A DNA stretch of 64,000 bases from Macrostomum lignano (taxonomy: Eukaryota), in contig NIVC01001296.1 of NCBI GenBank assembly GCA_002269645.1, positions 93,319 through 157,318 of the forward strand. Reading direction: 5' to 3'. The notes under the pieces were generated by a model. It was not told the DNA's origin. It saw only the letters and a list, made by a program, of their open reading frames with translations, and made no database searches. Positions 26,400 through 38,055 of this stretch are shown here, in pieces. The translations under genes were made by a program, and so were the position numbers. The first letter of the stretch is position 1, and the number at the start of each line of letters is the position of its first letter.

Positions 26400-28693
26400 T
26401 TACCTGTATTCATCCCAACTATTAACAATATTTGTTTGAGTATGGCTTTAGATTTTATAAATGCATGCAAAAATACTTCCGGAGTTTCGAATTCGACGGT
26501 GGGTTCAAAATCCGTGGGTTTCAATTTTCAACGGTACCCAGTAAAATGCGGAATCCGCAACGGAATCGGAATGGAATAGTACAGTAAAACGCGGAATCCG
26601 CAGCGGAATGGTAAACTGCGGAACGAAGTGCGGATTCCGCATATTAAAGTAAAACGCGGAATGCGAAAATGAAAAAAGTAAAATGTGGAATGAAAACTAA
26701 CTGAATTATACTTTTATTCATCAACATCAACATGTACTAAAGACTACAAATAGCTATCTAGCTACATGTATATATAGCTTAATTTATTTAGAAGCTGATT
26801 TTTTGTAGTGTCAAATAAAGTTTCTATCATCGGAATGTATATTAACAACATATTGTGCAGTTTTTGGAAATAAGTATATGCTAAAAATACAAAAATAAAT
26901 TTCTTTGCAAGAAATGTTTAAATATTCCATTTGCCTATCTTGCAAATGCATTCGGAAGTGTTACCATGATGCTCACTTGCGCTAGGCTTCCGCACCAGTT
27001 TATCACAATATATCATGATATTAAAAAGTGCTTATGCATGGACCTGGCCTGATTTCCAAGTGCCAAAATGTGCTACAAGGGAACCTAACGTACAAGCAAA
27101 ACCCTTTCCTGGACATCCTTTTTGATGTGACCAACTATTAACAGCTAATTTTCTAAATGTACTGTTTGATTGAATCTATGCATTAACTTTTCTGTGGACA
27201 AAGCCCACGAGATTAAGTTCCGAAGAGGGTTTACAGGCGACAACAACCCGCTTTACGGGTGTGCGGGTAGAGCCTCTATGTGACTATGACCCGAAACAAC
27301 AGCCCAGCAGTTGATTTGTGTCCTTAGAAGTAAGCACTATTTGCAGGCATAGATTAATAAAGTTAACAAAAAGGTTGCGATAAAAACAATGCCCATTTTT
27401 GTAATAGTTACTCCGGAACCCGATGTGCAACTATAAATATAAACGTATGCCCAGATTGATAATTTCCATACTATGACTTGACTTTGCGATTCAAACACTG
27501 CATAAACATTACAATTCGGGAGTCGAATTTCTTGGGTTTGTCCTCCAGTGGAGGAGTTCCACTCGTTATACCTAACTTTCTATTGCCTAGAGAAGTTACT
27601 ATATATGATTTATCTGATTCATACCCCCAAGCAGTGGTTAATTCGATAGAATAGAATGAAGGGATTGTTATGCAAGTGAGAAATCAAATAATTTTATACA
27701 TTTTCTTATATTTACTAGCAAAATAGAGCCCCAATAATAAATAATCAAGCACTTATTTGTTAGCGATTCGCTGTCCCGTCGCTGGCGAAAAGTTGCTGGC
27801 GAAACTTCGCTAATGTTCCGCTGACGATTCGCCAATGCGACCGAGGTGGAAAAACTATGTTTTATGCTGCAGGAAGAAAAGTTCCAGACAAACACAGCTT
27901 TTTGAAACGTTCTATATGGGAAATGAAGAAAAAAATGTCGCCACTACTTCGCTGTCTCGCTGACAATTCGCTTGCGATTCGCCGGCGATTTTCCCAGAGG
28001 GTACTGACTTTCCATACTGATCTGACTGATCTGACTTTCCATGCTTCCTTGTACTATTTATTGCCTTTCTTGACACTAAAAACGTAAAAGCGTCTTGCAA
28101 ATCGTAATTTTAGCTTCGCTAAAATCAATCTTGTCCTAAAGTTTCGGATTTAATTTTTTTTTAGAAATGCACATTTAATGCTATGATTTTTTTTGACAGC
28201 AATAGGATGTAGGATGACTTCTCGCCACATGTCAGCGGGCACTTTTGAAATACATTAAATATAAAAATTGTACGTAGTATGCACTTTCGCTTCCAGAGTA
28301 TGAATTTACCTTAAATAAGTTGCCAAAGCTCTATCTTCATTCCGAAAATTACTGTATCTTAACCATTCTGCTGAGGATTTTGCTAAGGGAAGATCAACAG
28401 ATTTGATTTGAGTGTCATAGTGACAATGAAAAAAAATTTGTTCAGCAAAAATGTACATAAATTTCAGATGTTTTTTTAAATATAAGGTGATGAATAAAAG
28501 TATAATTCAGTTAGTTTTCATTCCGCATTTTACTTTTTTCATTTTTGCATTCCGCGTTTTACTTTAATATGCGGAATCCGCACTTCGTTCCGCAGTTTAC
28601 CATTCCGCTGCGGATTCCGCGTTTTACCGTACTATTCCATTCCGATTCCGTTGCGGATTCCGCATTTTACCGGGTACCATTTTCAACAGCTTG
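26400..28693 (+). mobile_element. Family-B Helitron-like 3' end interrupted by the MULE
   Basis: 26400-26532 resembles the B 3' region (CCCAACTATTAACAA...GGGTTCAAAATCCGTGGGTTTCAA). The terminal AGCTTG resumes at 28688-28693 after the TSD. Confidence 0.7.
26533..28678. mobile_element. Non-autonomous Mutator-like (MULE) DNA transposon, 191-bp TIRs, 9-bp TSD
   Basis: TIRs at 26533-26723 and 28488-28678 (GGTACCCAGTAAAATGCGGAATCCGC... / ...GCGGATTCCGCATTTTACCGGGTACC). TSD ATTTTCAAC at 26524-26532 and 28679-28687. No transposase ORF inside. Confidence 0.85.
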
Positions 28694-29971
28694 TTGTTCT
28701 ACATGCATGCATTATACAGTACGTTTTGTATTTTAAGCTATGTGATCTGCTTATTTGAGTGGCAGTAGGGTAGGACTGCTGGCTAAATATTAATAAGCTT
28801 TTTTGTCCAGTAGTGTTACAGGACTATTGGATAAATTATAAATAGTAGGCCTAGTAGTAGGCCCAAGCTTATTAAAAATAGCCTATTTTAAGGTAAAGCT
28901 ACAGATAGGCCTATTATGTTTAGCATTGCGTGCATACAATTTACAAAAATAATTAGCAATAGGCCAATAAGCATAGGCCTAGCTAAGTACTTGTACACTA
29001 TTTAAGTAGGCCGTAGGCGTAGGCCTACTAAAATCTTAAGGGCTCTATCTTAAAAAATTCAACATCAACATTGAATTAGGCTATATTTTTGACCTATTCA
29101 AATTCAAATATTTTTCAGTGTTCTAAATTTTATAAACATAGGCCTATACAATGTATAAACATTGTTGCTTTAATTAGGCTTACAGATATAGTGCTAGGCT
29201 AGGTCTATTATTTAGTATATAGCTTAGCCTTAATCCTAATTCTACTTCTAATTCTTTGATCTACCTTTGAGTTTGGTTTGGCTTATTATCAACTTCTAAT
29301 TGACCATTATATATGCCTAACACCTGGCCTATTTGGCTAAGTAGTGAGGGGCTTAGCCAAGATAAATTGCAAAAATACTGACTAGAAAAATATAGGCATA
29401 GATAGTTACTAATTAGGGGGCCTAGATAAGAAGGCATTTAGCCTTAATAATATAGTTATAATTACTTTTGCCACTTATCCAAAATTATATTAAGTCATAT
29501 AGCTGGATAAAATTTTGAAGTTGGGCATATATGTTTACTTTGTCCTTTAGTATCTTACCAACCCTCTTCTCTATAAACCATAGTAGCAATCTCTTTATAA
29601 GTATTGTAGGCCTATCTTAGCAATTTCACTATGACCTATGAGTCTTAATATATTATTGTACCTATAATCTAAGCCTTAGTGTCTTAGTAATATTCCAATA
29701 AGCCCTAAAATTTCTTTTAATAGTCAGTATTTTAGTAGGGCCTAATTCTTTCTAATGAGCCTTGATATCTTAGTAATTCTTCCCAAGAGACATAGCATTA
29801 TAGCAATTTCTCCAAGCCTTGATATATTCCTACTCCTGAATCTTATATATATGCCAGAAAATATCTGCATACAATGAGTAGACCTGAAAAAATGCTTGGC
29901 ATAAAGTATCTAATATATAGAACAATCTGCAGAAAAATTGTGCCACAGAGCAAAAAAAATGTCTATAGCAA

Positions 29972-31167
29972 GTAAACTCAGACTGTTAGCACAAGGTCGA
30001 AAATAATATGGCTCTTACAAGAGCCAGCAACCAGGGAATATATATTTTGGGTATAGCACCCCTCCAAGTTATATTGATTGGGCGTGGCTCGATATACATA
30101 AGTAAAATACACATGCAACCCCAATTCACATCTCTCCTCTTTTCACAGAAATGACTTGCAATTTGGCACTCAAAAAACAAGTAATAGAAAAATAAAAATG
30201 CAAATATTAGATACTAAAAGTTGAAATATTGATGTCACAAAAGTAGATTTAAAAAAATTGACAGTTTACAAATATTGACAGTTGATAGATATTGACTATT
30301 CAAATCACTTGTACTGCACTTTGTTGCACATGGATATGGTTGCATTGCTAGCAGCCCCTGGAGTCTGGATCTCCAGGAAGGGTGCCAGTCATTGTCACTA
30401 GTAAAGCATCTGAGATCAGATCCAAGATGACCAGCTTGATGGCTATGCAATGACATCAACAGGAAGCGCCATTGCGGTGCAGCTTCAAGGAGTTTCTAGA
30501 CATTCGTTTGACTTTCCAAGCACCATTCTCAAATGGCATCAAACCTTCTAAGCTCCAATGCGATGCTGCAGCATGTCATTGCCAAGAGAGTCTTGCAGCT
30601 ATCCAAAGTTGTAGGCATTGGCTGCTTTACGCAGCCGCTAGTGCCACCTGTCCACTAACTCTTCTGCCTGCTGTCAACGGGTCTCAAATTTGAAGGGGAG
30701 GAAGACAATATTGTTCCTTCTGTCCTAGTGTTGCTGGATGTTTTTCACAAGGTCCTTGTGACCCTCACCTGCTACAATCTGGTTTTCTTCAACTATATTC
30801 TGCAGTTCTTTTCCATATAAAGAAGCAGCTGCTACACCCATTTCTCATAAAAAATTCTGGCTGCTGCAATGTAGGTCTCAAACCTGTGAGCCCAAGCTGC
30901 CCAATGCTGCGCAGTGGTGTGAGTGTAGCTGTCTATTGCAAACGGGCTAGGTGGCATTAGTGATATTTGCTGCCATGCTGCTTATTAGTTTGTGGCTTGC
31001 AAGGCCATTGTAGTGAGTAAACTCAGATGGTTAGCATGAGGTAAAAAATAGTATGGCTCTCACACGAGCCCACAACCAGTGAATATATATTTGGGGTGCA
31101 GCACCCCTCCGATTCATATTGTGGCCTAATGTATATAAGTAAGGTACACATGCAACCCCAACTCACA
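29972..31167 (-). mobile_element. Decayed Ty3/Gypsy gag remnant between ~155-bp LTR-like direct repeats
   Basis: Direct repeats at 29972-30130 and 31017-31167. Minus-strand translation with stops and frameshifts gives PPSPF...WAAWAHRFETYIAAA, GKELQNIVEE, and NNIVF...FKFETR*QQAEELVDRWH*RLRKAANAYNFG*LQDSL, which is a Gypsy gag pattern. A possible decayed knuckle lies near 30340-30400. Confidence 0.6.
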
Positions 31168-32159
31168 AGGTCCTTAATTGTCACAATGCAAAAAAGGTCC
31201 TTTATTGTCATAATGATTTTTTGATAATCTGGCATATAGATCACAAGTAAATTTGTTTTTCTGGTATACATTTAAATTTATAGTGTAGGGGGTCATTTTT
31301 TCTAGCATATTGTATAACAGATTTGAGAGTATGGTGATATCTTAGCAATTCTTCCCATGAATCTTTATATCTTATCTTAGCAATTCCCTAACAAATATTT
31401 ATATAAATTTGACAAAGCAATTCTTTTATATCCATATACCAAAAATGTCTGTTGGCAGGTATGTGTATGATCAATTTAAGAAAAATAGTTTTACTGGAAC
31501 CCTAACCCTATTAAAAACCATAGCATATTAGCCCTTCTTTTATAAGCCACAACATTTTTACAATGTAAAATTTAGGCCTTATGAAAGTGCAACTAATAGG
31601 TTTATCCATTAAACTGATAGGTTTAACTTAGAATTTGAAACTTGACAATTAAAATCTACTTTTTCAATTTTAAATGAATGTTATTTATCATACAGCCAAA
31701 ACTCCCGATTAATTAGATGATAAGGCATTTAGCCCTTATAATACAGTTATAGTTACTTCTGCCATTTACCTATTTTAATGTTAATTTTGCTTAGGTTTTT
31801 AGGTAAGTCGCATTTTTGGCTAAAAAGTGTTGCACAGCCGGTGTTAATCTGGGGTTGCGCATGTATGGTATTTATGGTACAATTTTAGCATGTGCTCTTC
31901 ACTATATGGCAAAGAAAATGTCTGTTTTGTATACCATAAATAATCTTGCATTTGGCTTTTGGATGGCCATGATAGTCAGGCTAAAATAGAATTAAATTGA
32001 GGGAATTCCCGAATGCCACACAGCTTTAAGGAAGTCTCAGCCATAGACTATTCACTCAATCTTTCTTCATCTATGCTTTTGAGTTCTTCATCCCGCAGTG
32101 GAACAGAGAAATCAGTTGGAATTTAGCGAATTAAAACAAAAACACACTGCAGCTGCGCA

Positions 32160-34246
32160 ATGTCGGACAAGTGCTGCTATTTAGTGGAGTTCGATTACAA
32201 AGCCGACCAGGAGGACGAGCTCTCCATAGTCAAAGGCGAGCTGCTGTACGACGCCGAGCCGGAGGAGGACGGCTGGCTTCGCGGCCGGAACTCGGCGGGC
32301 AGGCGCGGCCTGTTCCCTGACAATTTTGTTAAGCCGTGCCGCCTGGCCACCCTGCGCCGGGTTGACCCGAAGCTGCGCGCCTCCGGCTTGGAGGCCAACT
32401 CGGCTGTCTATGCGATGGAGCCGCTGCCAGCTGCCGGATCCGCCGCTGTGGCGACCGTCTACGTGCCCAAGCTGGCCGCCAAGTTCCCCGTCCCGCTGGC
32501 CTATCTGGACATTGACGGCGGGGGTGGCCAGCCGCCGCACGAGCAGCAGCAGCTGCCGCCGCGCCCCCTGCCCGGGATGGCGCCCACCAGCGCAGTCAGG
32601 CAGCACCAGCCGAAGCCTGCGCAGTCGGCGACTGCTGGCAGTTCAGCATCGGCCTCGCTGTCTGATAAGGCCAAGCTGCAGATGCACTCGGACTATGTGA
32701 AGGTTAGGGAGGCTGGGTTGGAGTGGCTCGGGTATTGGGGCACAGATCCCAATTACAGACACCCAGATCCCAATTACAGACACCCAGATCCCAATTACAG
32801 ACACCCAGATCCCAATTACAGACACCCAGATTCCAATTACAGAAGCCCGGGTCCCGAATCCATGAAAATATCCCCATTCACGAATCCCCATCTCCATGGC
32901 AACGCAGGTGATCCACGCCTACACGGCCCAGCACCAGGACGAGCTGACCCTCCACATCGGCGACGTGATCCGCGTCACCAACCGCAACCTCAGCGACGAC
33001 GGCTGGTGGCAGGGCGAGCTGCACGGCCAGGTCGGCGTGTTCCCCGACAACTTTGTTGAGCCCTGCTCCGCCTCGGCTGCCGCGCCTGCCCGACAGGCCG
33101 CCTCCTCGACTGCCGCCGCCGCGCCGGCCCGGCCGCCTGTCAGCGCCGCCGCCCGGCACCAGAACTCGTCCGGCGGGCTGGACTCCGCCGCTGCACACGC
33201 CGGCAGCAACGGCCTGCTGGCTGGCGACCACCCGCAGCGGCAGCCGCTGGCCGACGCGGCAGCTGGCAGGCCGCGGCCGGTGGCCGGCAAGAGGCCGCCA
33301 AACGGAGCCAATCACAGGGGCCCGGTGAGTGTCCCACTGGGTATCGGAATCCCAAAGTGTAGTATGGGAATCCCACAGTGTAGGGTATGGGAATCCCACA
33401 GTGTAGGGTATGGGAATCCCACAGTTGTAGGGTATGGGAATCCCACAGTTGTAGGGTATGGGTATCCCACAGTGTAGGGTATGGGAATCCCACAGTGTAG
33501 TATGGGAATCCCACAGTGTAGTATGGGAATCCCACAGTGTAGTATGGGAATCCCACAGTGTAGTGTATGGGAATCCCACAGTGTAGGGTATGGGAATCCC
33601 ACAGTGTAGGGTATGGGAATCCCACAGTGTAGTATGGGAATCCCACAGTGTAGTATGGGAATCCCACAGTGTAGTATGGGAATCCCACAGTGTAGTATGG
33701 GAATCCCACAGTGTAGTATGGGAATCCCACAGTGTAGTATGGGAATCCCACAGTGTAGTATGGGAATCCCACAGTGTAGTATGGGAATCCCACAGTGTAG
33801 GGTATGGGAATCCCACAGTTGTAGGGTATGGGAATCCCACAGTGTAAAACACGGTAAAGCCAAATCCAGGTGACCGCTGGTTGCTAAGGCCCGCATAGCA
33901 ACTGAGCAGCAATCCATTGAACGCCCCGCAGCATCTGGAAGAGGAGGCCAGCCGCACCGAGAGCTCCCAGCTGACCACGGCCGCCACGTCTTACAGCGCG
34001 GCTGGCGGGTCCGGTCAGCAGCAGCCGGAGACGCTCGCTGAGCTGCTTCAGGAGGTGCAGCGCCTTCGCTCGGAGGCGGCCCAGCGCGACCGGGAGATCC
34101 TGGAGCTGAGCAGGTTCAAGCGCACGGCTGTGGACAACATCGCGGGCCTGAAAGAGGAGATCGACAATATTAAGAAGAGCTTTCACGCCTGCTGCGTGGA
34201 CATGGACCGGGTGAAGCGGGAGCTGGCCAGCCTCAGCAGTATCTGA
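32160..34246 (+). CDS. SH3-domain adaptor, CIN85/CD2AP (SH3KBP1)-like: two SH3 domains, Pro/Ala-rich linker, C-terminal coiled coil; join(32160..32702,32908..33324,33899 or 33932..34246)
   Basis: SH3-1 is YLVEFDYKADQEDELSIVKGE...GWLRG...GLFPDNFVK. Splicing AAG|GTTAGG to GCAG|GTG rebuilds SH3-2 YVKVIHAYTAQHQDELTLHIGD...GWWQGEL...GVFPDNFVE. Donor GTGAGT at 33325. The last exon encodes a heptad coiled coil (LAELLQEVQRLRSE...). Confidence 0.85.
32743..32845. repeat. 21-bp intronic minisatellite (CAGATCCCAATTACAGACACC), about 5 copies
   Basis: Directly visible in intron 1 of the SH3 gene. Confidence 0.9.
33345..33846. repeat. 21-25-bp intronic minisatellite (GGGAATCCCACAGTGTAGTAT), about 22 copies
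   Basis: Directly visible in intron 2 of the SH3 gene. Confidence 0.95.
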
Positions 34247-35073
34247 GCTTGGTGGAGTGATTGCAGTGCTGGTAGCGGGGTCTCATTGGCACGGGTTTTA
34301 CCGTTTTTATCTGCTTTTTAAAAAGATTAATTTTTAAATTTATGTTGTCGAATTTTAGTATCCAAGAATTGATTAAGTGACTATCGAAGATCCCTGACAA
34401 TTCAATGATATTGTCAGAGACCAGAATTGTCAGGCATCCCTAAATATTCTAATAAATTGTCACAGATCCATAAAAATAAACATTAATTATGAGACATGCC
34501 TACGATTCTAAGATAATGTCGGATATCCCAAAGGATGTAAAGAAGTTGTCAAGTAGAAATCATATTTTAATAACATGCCGCAATTAGAAGTGCATCCGCA
34601 CTCCCAACCAATCTGTAATATGGGGACCACAGTGTCGCCGATATGTTGTGTAAATCTCCAAGTTTTTGTTTGTTTTTTAAATTAGAAATTGTCTCCTTTT
34701 TTTAACTCAACTTTAACTCTACTAACTCAACTAACAGCTATGAACTGCAGCAGGCTGGCTTCTCACCTGCATGGGTCATAGTCGTCTGAGTTGCAAGATC
34801 CATTGTCTCCAGAAGGGCGAGCACCAATTGTATTATTATATAATCTATACAGGTAATCTAGTTGTACATATTTATTTTTCCCGCATAAACCTGCATTGTT
34901 ATACATTGTCTTTTATATCTTGTTTTATAATTTTGTTATTTTTACAAAAAAACACTTGAAAATATGCCCAGCCCACCGAATTGCAATTAATTTGAAACAT
35001 TTTGCTCTCCGAACACTCGACTGTGTGTAAGCAAATTGGCTGACTTTTTAGCTAGCTGTTTATTACTGTAAGG

Positions 35074-35258
35074 CAGGGGTCGGCACAACTCCGGCTCTCG
35101 GGTCCTGTGAAACCGCACAATAACCAATCCGGCCCGCTCAAGGTTTGTGTCTCTTCTCAGCTCTCCTCTCTCATCTCCACTTATCTCATCTCCCTCCTCT
35201 CGTCTCCCTCCTCTCTCTGCTCTCCCTAGTCTCATCTGGCTGGGCTTGCCGACTCCTG
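35074..35258. mobile_element. hAT (Charlie-like) MITE with an internal CT/GA tract
   Basis: TIRs CAGGGGTCGGCA / TGCCGACTCCTG. The 8-bp flanks CTGTAAGG (35066-35073) and CTGTAAAG (35259-35266) match at 7 of 8 positions. Confidence 0.75.
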
Positions 35259-35924
35259 CTGTAAAGCCAGCCACTTAGTCAACTAGAAGCGCAAAACGTT
35301 TATTAAAAAATCGCTGTGAGGCCGCTTTTTTGGCCCAGTCATCACCGTGTAAAAAGGCACCAATTATTCCAATTTCGCATTGATTTTCTACACAAACACA
35401 ACAATAACAGACGGACAGAATAAAATTGTCTGCAAATATCTGCCGCTCATATCAATCCAGTGAGCTTGCTTTTCCTGCCACTGCTCGCGCACCTATCTGT
35501 ATGTACTTCAGTAGCAGTCCTTCATAGTGCGCCTGAGTAAACAATTTTTAACGACAGTATTTTTGTTGTTGCTTATGCCCACATTTCGTTTATTTTGGCG
35601 AGCGAACCAGATGGAAGAATGCAAATAAACGGTTATTGCTGTGCAATATTAACAAATGCTTACTGGTTTCTTTCTCAATCCAACTTGTCATTTCCGCAAT
35701 TCTGAGCTCGATGCACAGAAGTATTGATTATACAATAATCATATGCCTAAATAATAACATGATGATTGACTGCCTTATTGGTGCTTTCTTGATTTTATTA
35801 CTTCCGATTGGGTCTGGCTTACTGTTCAGGGACACGTTAACGACTATTTTAGCGACTTTCTAAGTGGCAGGTTTATTGGCATACACGCTCGTATATAATT
35901 ATATCTTCCTACATTCTAAGTGAC

Positions 35925-37105
35925 ATCTGAGCGACACTCTTAACGACATTTATATCGACATTCTGAGCGACACTCTTAACGACATTTATATCGACATTCT
36001 AAGCGACACTCTTAACGAAATTTATGTTGGCATTTTAGGCGGCACTCTTAGCAACATTCTAAGCGACATTGGAATCGACAGTTATATAGACATTTTAGGG
36101 GACACTCCAAACGACATTCGAAGCGAGATTTTATATCGACATTATGCGAGCGTAAGCGACACTTAAATCGACATTCTTAACGATATATATATATGACATT
36201 CTAAGCAACACTCTTAGCGACATTTATGTTAGAAATTTAGGCGGCACTCTTAGCAACATTCTAAGTGAAATCTATATCGACATTCTAAGTGACACTCTTA
36301 ACGACATTTATATCGACATTCTTAGCGACACTCTTACCGACATTCTGAGCGACACTCTTAGCGACATTTATGTTGGCATTTTAGGCGTCACTCTTAGCAA
36401 CATTCTAAGTGAAAGTTTTATCGACATTCTAAGCGACACTCTTAACGACATTCCAAGCGATACTTTGCCGACATTCTGAGCGACACTCTTAGCAACATTA
36501 TAAGCGACATTCCAATCGACAGTTATATAGACATTTTAGGGGACACTCCAAACGACATTCGAAGCGAGATTTTATATCGACATTATGCCAGCGTAAGCGA
36601 CACTCAAATCGACATTCATAACGACATTTATATGACATTCTAAGCAACACTCTTAGCGACATTTATGTTAGAAATTTAGGCGGCACTCTTAGCAACATTC
36701 TAAGTGAAATCTATATCGACATTCTAAGTGACACTCTTAACGACATTTATATCGACATTCTTAGCGACACTCTTACCGACATTCTGAGCGACACTCTTAG
36801 CGACATTTATGTTGGCATTTTAGGCGTCACTCTTAGCAACATTCTAAGTGAAAGTTTTATCGACATTCTAAGCGACACTCTTAACGACATTCCAAGCGAT
36901 ACTTTGCCGACATTCTGAGCGACACTCTTAGCAACATTACATGTATAAGCGACATTCCAATTGACATTTATATAGACATTTTAGGGGACACTCCAAACGA
37001 CATTCTAAGCGATTTTTTATATCGACATTATGCGAGCGTAAGCGACACTCAAATCGACATTCGTAACGACATTTATATGACATTCTAAGCGATACACTTA
37101 GCGAC
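35925..37105. repeat. Degenerate ~22-bp satellite (GACATTCTAAGCGACACTCTTA) with a ~440-bp higher-order repeat
   Basis: Diagnostic variants recur at 36077/36518/36963 and at 36193/36632. Confidence 0.9.
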
Positions 37106-38055
37106 ATTCAAATTGATTACGTAAGCAACTCACTTAGCGATCATGCTATACATGTAAGTCGCAATAAAATCCTGTTATACATGTATTTACATTTTTTAAA
37201 CACCTGACTAATGATGCATCACTTTAGCTGCATCCTCTGCGGCGAGCATAGTGTACTTTTTAGAATTTTCGAGAAACTTCCTCTCCTCATCTCGCTATAA
37301 TGGGCGGCAACCGTTTGTTTACGTGAATTCGAAAAGTAGGGGGAGGTGGGTCCGACCGAATCAGGGACCGAGCTTCTCCATGCTAAATGCACAGCAGTAT
37401 CGATTTTTGCGTGCCTTGCTGTCCTGTCAGAGGGGGTGCTGGGCTTGGCTGGCTGGGCCGTTCTCATTGATCTTAACGGCGTGCGAGCTTGAGTGCTTGA
37501 GAGAATCTCGGGTGCAGGAGGGGGGCGAGATTAAAGTATTAGAGGGAACAGAGGAGTCCCAGGACTGAGGAGGACTAGGATATGCCGCCCTACTTCGTTC
37601 AATATCTCTCGCCCTTCCTTTCCTTCCCTGCCAGTCATCTCTGCCCATCTCCCTCTCTTACCCATTTCTCCTCTCTCTCAGACGTCTCCCCCACCCCGCT
37701 GCCGTCTAGCAGGGTCCGGCAGCAGGACCAAGAAGTACAGAGGCAGAACTGAGCAGTAGAAACTGAGTCTCATCTAGTAAAGGAGACGGAGGGAGGAGGG
37801 GGAACTGCAGGAGGGAGTTTCTGCTCCCTCCTGCCAGCGGCTGAGAGTTGAGAAAATCCGCGAGGAAGGTAGAGATGGAGGAACAAAATTCTCAGGCACA
37901 GAGGAGGGACTGCCGTCTGTGTGAGCTGCCGCTTAGGAATTCTCCTTTAAAAAGTCACTCTGAAAAATTCTTGCCAGACTGAACAATATTTCCAATAGGC
38001 TTTGTATAAGCATATCTGCCTCCGCCTGCCTGCTGGACTTTGCTGGTGCCTCGAG

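Noticed and set aside
32160-33059. 299-aa ORF read through the (PNYRHPD)n repeat
   Set aside because: It runs through a 205-nt intron. Splicing restores the second SH3 domain in another frame.
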